The notes: a model not told the origin generated them from the letters alone. Counted from the first letter of the stretch, positions 51,429 through 61,917 are shown. The stretch: DNA of 64,000 nucleotides from an uncultured delta proteobacterium (GCA_963790475.1 CAWBOS010000011.1:128001-192000); one strand, 5' to 3'. Numbers and translations are program-made.

Positions 51429-51511
51429 AAAAATGTTTCTGTGACGTAACCTATTTTATACTCTCGTTAATAATTCTTACAGGGCGGCCTTTCAATCCAG
51501 CCCATGACTTC

Positions 51512-52177
51512 TCACTTGCTGATTCCTGAACTCTTAGCGGATAGAATCTGGTGCCCCCATTCAGGCCGCAATTTATAGGCATAAATGGCCAGTTGCAGGC
51601 GATCCGTCAGACCGGTTTTCTTATAAATTCGGTTGCAATGGGATTTAACCGTCTGTTCGCTAACCTGCAGTTCCTGGGCAATCTCTTTATTTCGGAATCC
51701 GCGGCAGAGAAGGGAAATGACCTTTTCTTCGGCCTTGGTAAAATGAACCATCGGCTCGGACGAAGCGTGTTTATTGGCCAGGAGCGAACTCAAAGTCTTG
51801 CGGTCAAACCAGAGCTCTCCCGAAGAAACGGCTTTAAGGGCCTTTTTGAGGACCGAGATATCCTCTCCGGTGGGAATGATCCCCACCAAACCCTTTTCAA
51901 TCAGGTCGGTCATTTTTCTTGCATCCAGGTCTCCTAAATTTCCAACATCCAGGATCAGTATTTTTAACCCTCGCGCGATTAGAATTTCCCCTTCGTTGTC
52001 CTGAAAAAGGGTGGAGTTAACGATAAGGACCTGGGGATTCATTTTGAGGGCTTCCGTTAAGTCCCTTTTCTCGGTAAAAATCCCGATAACCTTCATTTCC
52101 GGGTCGTCTTCGAGGAATTTTTTCAGGGCCTCGCCCAGGAGGTAGCTGGAACAGCCTATGGCAATTTTTATTGGCAT
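51512..52177 (-). CDS. NarL/LuxR-type regulator (degenerate receiver plus HTH)
   Basis: GFRNKEIAQELQVSEQTVKSHCNRIYKK; start MPIKIAI. Confidence 0.85.
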   Translation of the reverse strand: MPIKIAIGCSSYLLGEALKKFLEDDPEMKVIGIFTEKRDLTEALKMNPQVLIVNSTLFQDNEGEILIARGLKILILDVGNLGDLDARKMTDLIEKGLVGIIPTGEDISVLKKALKAVSSGELWFDRKTLSSLLANKHASSEPMVHFTKAEEKVISLLCRGFRNKEIAQELQVSEQTVKSHCNRIYKKTGLTDRLQLAIYAYKLRPEWGHQILSAKSSGISK

Positions 52178-52357
52178 GATGTCAGGATAGTACGAAAATA
52201 GAAAACAGGTTTCAAGGGTTCGAGGGTTCGAGGATTCTAGGGTTTTATATTCCAAGCCTTTTTCTCGAAACCTGGACCCCTTGATTCCTTAACCCTTAGA
52301 ACAATTTTCATGCCTCGTGGAGCCTCAACGAGGCATGACGGTTTTGTTTAATGTCGG

Positions 52358-53092
52358 CTAAAGCCTTTTATAAATGAACTTCGGGATGTAATACTGCCGT
52401 TTATTGAAAACCACCCCGATGATCTTCCCCCCATTCTTGATGATCTCTTCTTTGACCTTTAAGGCCACCGGCCAGCGGGTGGTTTCGGCCTCCATGACCA
52501 GGACCACCCCGTCCACCTTTCGGCAAACGGTCAGGGTGTCCTGGGATTCGGTAACTGGGGGTGAATCGATCAGGACGTATTCGAAGAGGCCCTTCAATTG
52601 GTCCATTAGACCGTAGATTTCCGGGGAATCGAAGATCTTCGTCGTCGCCCCGTTATTCCCGGCTATCAGGCTCAGGGCCGGCCGCGATTCTCCCTGCCGG
52701 TAGATGGCCTTTTCTACAGCCAAACCGTTCTTCAGGACTTCTTCCAGATAGTGCCGGGGGGTCACGCCCAGGAACAGATGCTGGGTGGGATGGGATTGGT
52801 CGGCGTCGAGAACCAGCACCGATTTCCCAAACTTTTCGGTAACGACCCGGGAAAACTCCTTGACGATCGTTGAGGTCCCCTCGCCCCGGCAGGAGGCCGC
52901 AAACTGCAGCACCTTATGGCCCCGGTCCGGCAGGGTGTTCTCCAAACCCTGATAGAGGCTGATCATGGACTCCTCGAGGTCGGAACCCGGACCTTGTTTC
53001 GGGTTCGTTTCGTTCCTTATTTCCGGCAGCCGGGTAAATATCCGGGCTTCTTCCCGGGGCTGCTGTTTGAGGGCTTCAAAAATTTTGGTCAT
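52358..53092 (-). CDS. CpsD/CapB-type polysaccharide tyrosine autokinase
   Basis: MTKIFEAL, GEGTST, VLDAD, IDSPP, DGVVLV, GVVFN. Confidence 0.88.
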   Translation of the reverse strand: MTKIFEALKQQPREEARIFTRLPEIRNETNPKQGPGSDLEESMISLYQGLENTLPDRGHKVLQFAASCRGEGTSTIVKEFSRVVTEKFGKSVLVLDADQSHPTQHLFLGVTPRHYLEEVLKNGLAVEKAIYRQGESRPALSLIAGNNGATTKIFDSPEIYGLMDQLKGLFEYVLIDSPPVTESQDTLTVCRKVDGVVLVMEAETTRWPVALKVKEEIIKNGGKIIGVVFNKRQYYIPKFIYKRL

Positions 53093-53305
53093 GGGAACTC
53101 CTTAAATAGGGGTCTTCTCCCAGTTAATTTCCTTTTAAATAAACCCCCGGATTTGCCAGGGGATACCCAAAGTTTGACAATTCCGGGAGCAGGATTGGAC
53201 AATATTCAATAAAGGAGTATTCATTATTTTTCCAATACCCCGTCAGAGATATTTTTCAAAAATGAATTAACCTCTGGATTGTCATTCCGGCGAAAGCCGG
53301 AATCC

Positions 53306-54837
53306 GATATGGCTGACAGTTGTCAAGAGGAAAAGATTTTTCCTGGCCCTAGTAGAGGGTTAGACTGTCAGTTTAATCCAGGGCACAAGCAGAGACGGGA
53401 CCGATTTAGCGACGTTTGATCATTCTGATATTCGCGTATTTTGAACGCCTGACTTGACTTCGTCACAGGAGCTGCCTCGCTCTAGGATCGGAAATTCGGA
53501 TGACCTTATTCCTTGGATTCCTCGAGGATTCTCCCAACGGGGTCGCGTCTCTGCTGGTCCCCTGGATAGGATATAATGGGTGGTCTCTATACTCCTTTAA
53601 GAAGGTTTGTTTTTTGACCTAGGCTACACGTTTCGCAACTGAACTTCCCTGGCAATCGCCCATATGAAGCCGGAGAGCTCGCGGGCGATGGCGGTTACCA
53701 CTTTGGTTTTCATTTTTCCTTGGGCCATAAGCCTACGGAACCGGCCGCAGAGTCTAACCTGGGCCTTCCAGGCGATCTCCCGGATGGGCTGCGGCAGTCC
53801 CTGTTGTCGTTTGAGCAGAAACCTGCTTATCCGGGCCGGATAGCTATAAGCATGCGCCGCTTCAACGAGAACGCGCCTTACGTGGCCATTGCCGGTTTTG
53901 GTGATGCTGCCCCGTTTGACGGACTGGCCGCTGGAGTGTTCCGAGGGAACCAGACCCAGATAGGCCATGAACTGCCGGGGGTTCTCAAAACGAGTGATAT
54001 CGCCGATCTCAGAGACGGTGGTTATAGCCACAGTAGGAGCCACCCCTCTGAGGGCCTGGAGGGCTTCAACCACTGGGGCCAGGCTCCATTGGGGCAACAG
54101 CTTCAGACTCTGGTCAACTAAACGACCGACTCGCAGGGTGCCCTCGTTTACCGTGTGGATATATTCCTGAAGGGTAATCTGCTGGGCGGGGTGGGGCATG
54201 GTGACGTCCGATAGCCAACGCCTATGAGCAGGCGTCCAGGATGTTTTACCGGGGTACCTATGGCCATACCGAAGCAGAAAAGCCCCTAAGTGTTGACGAG
54301 CAGTGCGCAAGGCCTTGACCGCATCTTCCCGGGCGCGGGTCAAATCTCTCATGGCTTCGTCGTCCGGTCGAGGGACATAGACCGGGGTTAACTCCCCGGC
54401 CCGATAAAGCCGGGCCAGTGTCTGGGCATCGCGATGGTCGTTCTTGACTCGGTCGCCGCTCCGTCTGGGAGTCTTCGAGGGGGCAACGACCACACAAGTA
54501 AACCCCTGCGAGGATAGGTGACGGTAAATCTCATAGCCGCATGGCCCAGCTTCATAGACAAAGTGCAGTTCCCTACTGGTGCTTTTGAGTTTTCTGACTG
54601 CTTTGTCCAATGAGGCCATGTCGCCGTTAATTTTTCCGTAATGCCGAACTTCTTCAGTTCCCGTGGTTTCGGCGATTACAATCTCTATGGAATCTTTGTG
54701 TACATCCATACCGACAACTGTGATAAAATGTTTCATGACCTGCCTCCTTATTCTTGGCTCTGTATTGGGATCACTCCCTAATATAACCCACGACGATAAG
54801 GGGCAGGTCGCTTTTTTAATTGTCAGCCATTATGTCT
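53306..54837 (-). mobile_element. IS110-family element of the IS1111 subgroup
   Basis: Subterminal IR atggctgaca 3 nt and 7 nt inside the ends; no TSD; ~318-bp non-coding region downstream of tnp. Confidence 0.88.
53624..54736 (-). CDS. IS110-family transposase/recombinase
   Basis: GMDVHK, YEAG, KNDHRDA (DEDD), GLVPSEHSSG, GSITKTGN. Confidence 0.95.
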   Translation of the reverse strand: MKHFITVVGMDVHKDSIEIVIAETTGTEEVRHYGKINGDMASLDKAVRKLKSTSRELHFVYEAGPCGYEIYRHLSSQGFTCVVVAPSKTPRRSGDRVKNDHRDAQTLARLYRAGELTPVYVPRPDDEAMRDLTRAREDAVKALRTARQHLGAFLLRYGHRYPGKTSWTPAHRRWLSDVTMPHPAQQITLQEYIHTVNEGTLRVGRLVDQSLKLLPQWSLAPVVEALQALRGVAPTVAITTVSEIGDITRFENPRQFMAYLGLVPSEHSSGQSVKRGSITKTGNGHVRRVLVEAAHAYSYPARISRFLLKRQQGLPQPIREIAWKAQVRLCGRFRRLMAQGKMKTKVVTAIARELSGFIWAIAREVQLRNV

Positions 54838-54995
54838 AGAAACTTTCTATAGCCTTGGAAACCCCTGGACCCCGGCTTTCGCCGGGGAGACGTCTTTAAT
54901 GGGTTTGGGCTTTAGTTTTTGAGCCCCTTCGAGGGGCTAATATTTTCAACCCTCCAGCTCTGCCGGAGGTACGGGGACTAGTTGTAATAAAGGAT

Positions 54996-56341
54996 TCAAG
55001 GATTCAAGGGCCTGTTCTTTCCCCCTTTACCTGATTCCTCATTCAGCTCCGGGAAGACGATCGTCTTACCGGCGACGATCCGGTCGAGGTCCTTCAGTCC
55101 GGGGTTTTTCTCCCGGATCAGGCTGATCAGCCGACTCCGGCCGTATTGCCTTATTTCCTGGGGGCTGTATCTTTTCTCGATAAGAGAGTTCAGGGTATCC
55201 CCCTCTTCTATCTGCTGCGCAACCTCCTTGGCCTCGGTCTCCTCTTCCGAAACTTTTCCCGGCGGGGAAGACGCCTCAGGCCGGGCGCTGGTTTTCGGCT
55301 CCTTTGAGACCGTTGGATTCGTCGGCGGCAAAGTGACCGTGGGGGAAGGGGCCGGGAGGACCGGTGCAGCAGGGATCACGGCCACAACCGATTGCCCGGG
55401 ATGATTGTTTTTTTGCCCGAAGGAAGGCAGGTTCCCACGGAAAAAAAATAGCCCGCCGGCCAACAGAAGAACGGCCAGGGCCAGCCCATAGCCCAGGAGC
55501 GGTGTGCGCGCCGGCTTCTTGAATTCCGGCGCTTCCCTTCCTCTGAAATCCTTTATGATTTCCAAGGCAACTCCGATGTCAACGGGTTTCTTCCGATAGC
55601 CGAATCCGGTAATCAGGGCATTATCAAAAAGGATGTTTAAGATTCGGGGAATTCCCTGGGCCTCCTCGATGATCCGATGCAGGGCTTTCCTGGTGAAAAC
55701 GGACTTTTCACTCCCGCCGGCTTTGGCCAGCCGGTGTTTGATATAGGCCTCGCTTTCTTCAAAACTGAAGGGCCCGATGGCCAGGCGAATGAAGATCCGT
55801 TGCTTGAAGGCCCGCAGTTCGTCCCGGTCCAGGATTTCCGCCAATTCGGGCTGACCGATAAGGATAATCTGGATCAGCTTGTCCTTGACGGTTTCCAGGT
55901 TGGAGAGCATGCGCAGATTTTCCAAAGTCTCCACCGGCATGTTCTGGGCCTCGTCGATAATCAGGGCCACATTGATTCCTTGCTGGTAGGCTTCGATAAG
56001 GGCCAGATGGAGGCCGTTCACCAGTTCGGAGAGGTCATCGCTTTCGACCGCCAAACCCAGTTCCTGGTAGATGATCTTGACCAGCGCCGGGAAGGAAAGG
56101 TTCGAGTTAAAAACATAAACCACCTTAAGGGCCGAATCCCGGGATTCCTCCAGGTAGGAGCGAACCATAGTCGTCTTGCCCACGCCCACTTGACCCGTGA
56201 TGACCACACAGCCCTTCCGCTTTTCGATCCCGTAAATGAGAGAGGCCAGGGCCTGCTGGTTCTCTGCCCCCAGGAAAAAAACTCCGGGTCGGGGGTGAGA
56301 TTGAAGGGTTCTTTATGCAGTCCGTAGAACTGGAGATACAT
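54996..56341 (-). pseudogene. ExeA/PrsA-type AAA ATPase with C-terminal LysM-like region; -1 frameshift in a T7 run at ~56278
   Basis: MYLQFYGLHKEPFNLTPDPEF / GQVGVGKTT, IIDEAQ, GQPEL, GIPR..N. Confidence 0.82.
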
Positions 56342-56632
56342 AGGATCAATCAGCCTATTGGTAATGGGCCATAGTTGCCAGCGATATTTATTACCGAGAG
56401 CATAAAATGGGTTTCATCACAAAAATATTTTCTCACCGCCCACTCGTCCCGAGAAAAGCGGGACTCGTTCGAGACGCGAAGAACGCTAAGATAAGGTTTT
56501 TCATTTGCCGGTAAGAAGCAGGCAAATGGAAAAAGCTCTTTTTGCTTTCCGTCCGCTCAACGGAAAGCAAAAAATGTTCTTCTTTGCGTCCTTTGGGACT
56601 TTGCGGTAAAAGCAATCTATAATCTGCTCCTC

Positions 56633-58105
56633 TTAATAAATCTTTTCCTGTAAAGAAACGGTGGCCAGAACAGGCAAGCCGAGTTTCTCTTCCGCCGTCT
56701 CGGGAGTCGAAATGCCCTGCCCCATATATTCCGATAAGAAGGCGAACCCCAGTCCGGAGACGGCCCCCAGGATGATGCTCAGCAGGATATTCAGGCGCTT
56801 TTTGGGTTTGACGGGTTTGGAAGGGACCACGGCGGCCTGGATGACGCTGATGTTGGCCAGCTTCTGGCGGTTCATCTCGTCGGAAATATGGGCCTCCTCC
56901 TTCTTTTCCTGGTAGGTTTTGTAATTCATTTCGTTGGTGCTGACCTTCCGATTCAGATCCTTAAGCTCATTTCCCCGGAGATCCAGGGTCTTGATCTCAC
57001 TGTCCAGATTACCGATCTGCAACTGGAGCGTGGCGGCCTTGGTCCGCAGGGAGGCTTCTTCGGCCTCGGCGTTCATGGCTTCCTTCTCCGCCTCCTGATA
57101 GACGGGGTTGGAGGTCTGCACCTTGACGCCAATAACGTCTTCCTGCTCTTTCAAGAAATCCTTTATGATCTGGATCTCTTTGCGGGCATTGACCAGCAGC
57201 CGGTTAGTGTCCGGGTATTTCGAGGCCAGCTCCTGCTCGCTCAACTGCAGGGTGAGCAGCTTGGCCCGGGCCTCGACGATGATTTTGTCTTGCTCGGTCT
57301 GGGTATAGCGGCCTTTGTCGGCCAGAAGGGTCTTCATCTGGCCCCGCAGGGAGGCCAGTTTTTTGCCCACCTCATCGATCCGGTTCCGGGTGTTCTTAAA
57401 GGTGGTATCCAGCTCAGTCCGCTGTTTCAGGAGTAGGCTGCGCTGCTCGTCAATAGAGAAAACCCGGTTCTTCTGCTTGAAGTCTTCCAGGCGGTTTTCC
57501 GAGTTTTTAAGTTCCTGGTCATACAGGTTCGTCTGGCTTTCGAGAAAATTCGATTCCGTCCCGCCGTGGACCTGAAGGTGCTTTTCCTTAAAAAAGTCTA
57601 CCAGCACGTTGACGGCCCGGGCGGCTACCTTCGGGTCCTTATGTTGAAAGGAGACGTCGATAACGCTGGACTTCTTGACCCCCTCGACCGTCAGCTTCTT
57701 CTGGAAGGTGATGACCGCGGCCTCCAGGGGCGTCATCCGGGAAGGGGGATTCTTCACCAGGTCGGGGTAGATATTTTCCAGCTTGATGGTTTTGATCACT
57801 TGCTCGATGATGTCCCGGCTGGTGAGGATGTTGATCTCGGAGTTGATGGCCTCTTCCTCGTTGAAGGTGATCATGGGGGCCTTATCCCCCACCTCGGGCC
57901 GATAGATGAATTCCCGCCCGAACTTGACCAGCAGGCTGGACTCGGCCTCGTAGGTAGGGGACATGAGAAAGGAGCCGGCGGTGACGGTGATGACCACGGC
58001 CAGGAAGATGGTCAGAATGGCGGCCTTTCGTTTGAAGAGGATGGAGATGAAATCGCGGAGGCTGCTGCCGTTGGGTTCCTGAATTATGCCCTCATCAGAT
58101 AGCAT
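56633..58105 (-). CDS. Polysaccharide chain-length determinant (GumC/Wzc N-terminal type)
   Basis: Two TM helices flanking a coiled coil, PSKPVKPK, LGLPVLA. Confidence 0.9.
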   Translation of the reverse strand: MLSDEGIIQEPNGSSLRDFISILFKRKAAILTIFLAVVITVTAGSFLMSPTYEAESSLLVKFGREFIYRPEVGDKAPMITFNEEEAINSEINILTSRDIIEQVIKTIKLENIYPDLVKNPPSRMTPLEAAVITFQKKLTVEGVKKSSVIDVSFQHKDPKVAARAVNVLVDFFKEKHLQVHGGTESNFLESQTNLYDQELKNSENRLEDFKQKNRVFSIDEQRSLLLKQRTELDTTFKNTRNRIDEVGKKLASLRGQMKTLLADKGRYTQTEQDKIIVEARAKLLTLQLSEQELASKYPDTNRLLVNARKEIQIIKDFLKEQEDVIGVKVQTSNPVYQEAEKEAMNAEAEEASLRTKAATLQLQIGNLDSEIKTLDLRGNELKDLNRKVSTNEMNYKTYQEKKEEAHISDEMNRQKLANISVIQAAVVPSKPVKPKKRLNILLSIILGAVSGLGFAFLSEYMGQGISTPETAEEKLGLPVLATVSLQEKIY

Positions 58106-58307
58106 GGATACACCTTATGTTTTCTTGGTTCACAGTAACAACAGAAAGCTCATAGCCCATAGGTCATAGCCCATAAGTCATGAGAAAAAAAGGCGACGCA
58201 TCGACTAAGGATATCCCATTTCAAATTTCAAATTGACGCCGATCGATTCGCCGTCTATGAGATAACTTCCTATGACCTATTTTTCATGCTATGAGCTATC
58301 AGCCAAT

Positions 58308-59006
58308 TTATGGTGCTAAATTATAATAAAACCCGAAGGGGATCGGGATGTTCTTCCGGATGTACTGGTCCACCCAGGTGTTGACGTTGGCGATCGGGGA
58401 CTTGGGGACATACACGATGTCCGACGCTTGCAGGGAGAGATCCTGGGAGAGGTCGCTACCGTCGATCGCCTTTCCCACGTTCACCAGCATTGAGGCCGGC
58501 CGGTTTTCCGGACCCCGGCGGATGATGATGATCTCGTTGGTTCGGGCGGTATCTTTCAATCCCCCGGCCGAGGCGATGGACTGGAGGACCGTCATTTGGC
58601 CGGTCAGGGGGATCAGCCCTGGCTTGGCCACCTCCCCGTCCACATAGACCTTTTGGGCACTGAAGGACCGGACGATGACCGCGATCTCCGGTTGGCTGAT
58701 CTGGGATCCATACCCATTCTGGAGAGAGTTCCGCAGTTGTTCCGGGGTCAGGCCCGAGGCCTGGACCTCGTGGACCAATTGGAGGGAAATCCGGCCGTCC
58801 GGCCGAACAATCACCGACTCGTTCAATTCGGGGTGATAGAAGAACTTGATATCCAGGGCATCGCCGACCTGGATCTGGTAATCCCCGACCGAAGAGGCCG
58901 TCTCTGCCTGGGTATTCAGAGCCCCCGTCGTCCTGACAGCCGCCGAGCAAGAAGTGAACAGCGCACAGATGCCGAGAATCCAAAGGGGGATAAAGATCTT
59001 TTTCAT
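58308..59006 (-). CDS. Polysaccharide export lipoprotein (Wza-like)
   Basis: Lipobox FTSC, VRPDGRISL, GEVAKPG, AGGL, DIVYVPK. Confidence 0.92.
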   Translation of the reverse strand: MKKIFIPLWILGICALFTSCSAAVRTTGALNTQAETASSVGDYQIQVGDALDIKFFYHPELNESVIVRPDGRISLQLVHEVQASGLTPEQLRNSLQNGYGSQISQPEIAVIVRSFSAQKVYVDGEVAKPGLIPLTGQMTVLQSIASAGGLKDTARTNEIIIIRRGPENRPASMLVNVGKAIDGSDLSQDLSLQASDIVYVPKSPIANVNTWVDQYIRKNIPIPFGFYYNLAP

Positions 59007-59501
59007 GGCTTTTTTCTTTAAATTTGGTTTTTAAATCTGTTTAAGTATCGCAACAGTTTGGGGGAGATATTTTTTATATATCTCCCGGTCAGACCGACTT
59101 TTGTTTAGCAGTGGTGGCAATGGCGATGAATGCTCTTCGCTATCCGACGTAGCGGGGATGGCCTGGCATAAATCATCCGCACACGGTAATGTAATAGGGA
59201 AACGTATTCACAGGCTTTGCCATCTTGGATTTGTCCCAATGAGTCAGAGCCGAATGAAGTCATTTCCTCTTTTTAATCCGCCAACGAATGCCGATTGATA
59301 AGTCGTTATGAGATGGATTAGGCCTGAATTGTCAGGTAACCTTTCCAGTTTTTTTATAAATTTTTATAAAAAAGGTGGGAAAAATGTTGTGGTTGCATTA
59401 ATATCACAAAAATTTATCGAGTTGCAATGCTTGAAAATTACTGGCAGAATACCAGCCCGACACCAGGTATTATGGGAAGGAAAGCAGACAGGTTCTAAGA
59501 T

Positions 59502-60941
59502 TTATCTTCTTACTGTTGAGGTTCTTGCAAATCTCCCAAATTTCGTCACACCGGCGAAAGCCGGTGTCCAGAATGCATTGAAAAGACTGGATTCCGGCTT
59601 TCGCCGGAATGACATCACTGGACTTTTGCAAGAGGCTCTGTTAATACCCATCTTATTTCTGATATTATTACGATGGAATTCTACAGTTCGTCTTGAAATA
59701 TTGATAAGTTGCGCTATCTCTTTAGAATTCTTTCCTTCCCTGATCAAGGTTGCTACAGCCACCTCACTCGGAGTAAAATTCATATGGTTAAACTTTATAG
59801 TTTGTACAAAAGGGGAGGTGATATCTTTTAAATGGGATTTTATGAGGTTAAGATATATATTTTGAACTTCATCCAGGGTTGTAGCTTTCAGTTTCTCGAC
59901 GTAAGGATTTACCATCTCCCGGATATTAGCGGTTATTTCATCCTCAAAGTCTTTCTTGGCCTTTTCTCTCTGTCTGATCAAAACATTCAGCGCCGCATTG
60001 GTTTCTTCGAGATGAACTGTTCTAACCTTTAACTCCTCCTCTCGTTTTCTCAACAAGGCTTCGGCCTCTTTTCGTGTTGTGATGTCACGGGCTATACCCA
60101 GAATCGCATAGGGTTTTTGATCCCTGTAGATAAGGGATACTTTGGTTTCTACATAGACCTGTTTGCTGTCTTTGCATCTTAATTGATATTCCATCAACGC
60201 TCTTTGATAACCTGCCTGTTTAATCTCTTCTACGGATTTCAGGGCTTTGGTGAGCTGGTTTTTGTCGAGGAGAGATGCAAAACTCAATGAAGATATCTCT
60301 TCCCTTTTGTATCCCAGGAGGTCAAGGGCAGCAGGATTGGCGTCTAGGAAATGACCTTCAAAATCGTGGACATATACACAGTCAAAAGAGCGGTTGAACA
60401 GGGCATTGAAGCGTTCTTCTTTCTCCTTGGACTCCTTATCCGCCCGCTTGCGTTCTGTAAGATCTATCCCATAGACAAGATAGGTCGTTCCGAAAGAAAC
60501 CGTCCGGAATTCAATGTCTTTCCGAGAGCCATCTTTGCAGGTAACCACCGTTTCCACCGGCCCAAATACAAATTGAGTGGTCGATCTCTCCAGATACTTT
60601 CTATTCTCCTTCGCCATAACCTCTTTACGATAAGCAGGATCAGGATAAGCCCGTAACCACCAGTGGTCAATATCCGGAATATCATCAACCGAATACCCAA
60701 ACAACCTGGGAAAAATAGGATTTAAAAATTTGGTTTGTGAAGGGGAGCCTTCCAGCAATGCCATGATGAACGGAGATGAGTCCACAAACCTTTTAAAAAG
60801 TTCTTCCGTCTGTTTGGTTTCTTCCAGGGATTTTTCCATTTTTGTAATCTGCCGGCGTGATGCCATAAGTTCATCAATAAGCTCTTCCTTTGTTTTCTCT
60901 TTATCTTTCATGGAAAAATCCTCCTCGTATAAATAAAACAA
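59502..60941 (-). CDS. PAS-PAS-LuxR transcriptional regulator with C-terminus replaced by a MITE
   Basis: PAS motifs, GKNSKEIAQLINISRRTVEFHRNNIRNK; native tail NSKKINLRTCLLSFP* ends at 59470. Confidence 0.85.
   Translation of the reverse strand: MFYLYEEDFSMKDKEKTKEELIDELMASRRQITKMEKSLEETKQTEELFKRFVDSSPFIMALLEGSPSQTKFLNPIFPRLFGYSVDDIPDIDHWWLRAYPDPAYRKEVMAKENRKYLERSTTQFVFGPVETVVTCKDGSRKDIEFRTVSFGTTYLVYGIDLTERKRADKESKEKEERFNALFNRSFDCVYVHDFEGHFLDANPAALDLLGYKREEISSLSFASLLDKNQLTKALKSVEEIKQAGYQRALMEYQLRCKDSKQVYVETKVSLIYRDQKPYAILGIARDITTRKEAEALLRKREEELKVRTVHLEETNAALNVLIRQREKAKKDFEDEITANIREMVNPYVEKLKATTLDEVQNIYLNLIKSHLKDITSPFVQTIKFNHMNFTPSEVAVATLIREGKNSKEIAQLINISRRTVEFHRNNIRNKMGINRASCKSPVMSFRRKPESSLFNAFWTPAFAGVTKFGRFARTSTVRR
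59518..59638. mobile_element. 121-bp MITE with palindromic core, TSD TGTT
   Basis: gaggttcttgcaaa...tttgcaagaggctc; core gtcacaccggcgaaagccggtgtccag..ctggattccggctttcgccggaatgac. Confidence 0.85.
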
Positions 60942-61444
60942 ATGAGGGCAAGCCTACTCTCCAGCTTTTTTTATCATTTATTCAATGGAACAATCTGGTT
61001 AAAACAAAAAAAGGCTGAATACTTATTTGTTCGAAATGGGATTATCTGTTCAGCTATCACTTCAACCGGCAATCAGGCCCGGAAACCTAATTCAGCAAAC
61101 AAAGAAATGCTAACTTCACAAATCACTGGCGGCTGGTACTCTGAAGGACGTTTGTCGCTTTTCGTTCGTCGTTGGGCGATAAAAAAAGCCTAAACCTCAA
61201 AGTTAAGAAACTCAAGGTAAAAGATAATATTATGTAAATAAAGGGGAAAAGGGGGGAAGTCAACAGATTTTTTGTCTAAGGACAAAAAATCAGCTCATAG
61301 CTGAGAGCCTATAGCTCATAGGAGGGAGAAAAAAGACGCGATGCAAGAGGGGGGAGGGGTGAGGCCAGTAAAAATTCAGAGTTCGAATTTGCCTATGCCT
61401 CAGTTTAGAACCAGAGGATCCCTCCTCGCCTCACTTCTTTTAAT

Positions 61445-61664
61445 AATAGGGCCTTTGCGCGGGTTGGATGGAAACTTGAGAGGCGGACAGGAAGCCATGT
61501 AATCCTGTCAAAAGAAGGATTATCCCGGTATATTGTCAATCCCCGTTCATAAGGGTGAACCGATCAAACAAGGATTATTGAGAAAGCAGATTGAATTGGC
61601 CGGGATGACGGTAGATGAATTCCTAAATCTCTACAAAGAAAATCATTTCAAATTCCTCCCTTAA
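61445..61664 (+). pseudogene. HicA-family toxin remnant
   Basis: RAFARVGWKLERRTGSHVILSK / ILSIPVHKGEPIKQGLLRKQIELAGMTVDEF; frameshifted, no start. Confidence 0.6.
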
Positions 61665-61917
61665 CCCTTTCAATTAAGAGGCCGCACAAAAAAAGGCAGG
61701 TGGTTTCCAGGTCCCATCAAAAAAACTTCTTAACCGGGACATTCAAGTATCCAGATTAGCCTTGATATTTATGGATATTTGTTTAATTATACGGATTTTA
61801 ATTGGCAACAAGTGGATCTTTTGGAGACTGCTTTAAATTCTGTTAGAAAATCGTTGGAAAATAATATAGAATCAATTAAGAATGATGGTTCTGAAGGAAT
61901 AACTGATTGTTTTTACT

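Noticed and set aside
7152-61917. Prophage or conjugative element
   Set aside because: No phage structural, replication, relaxase or T4SS genes
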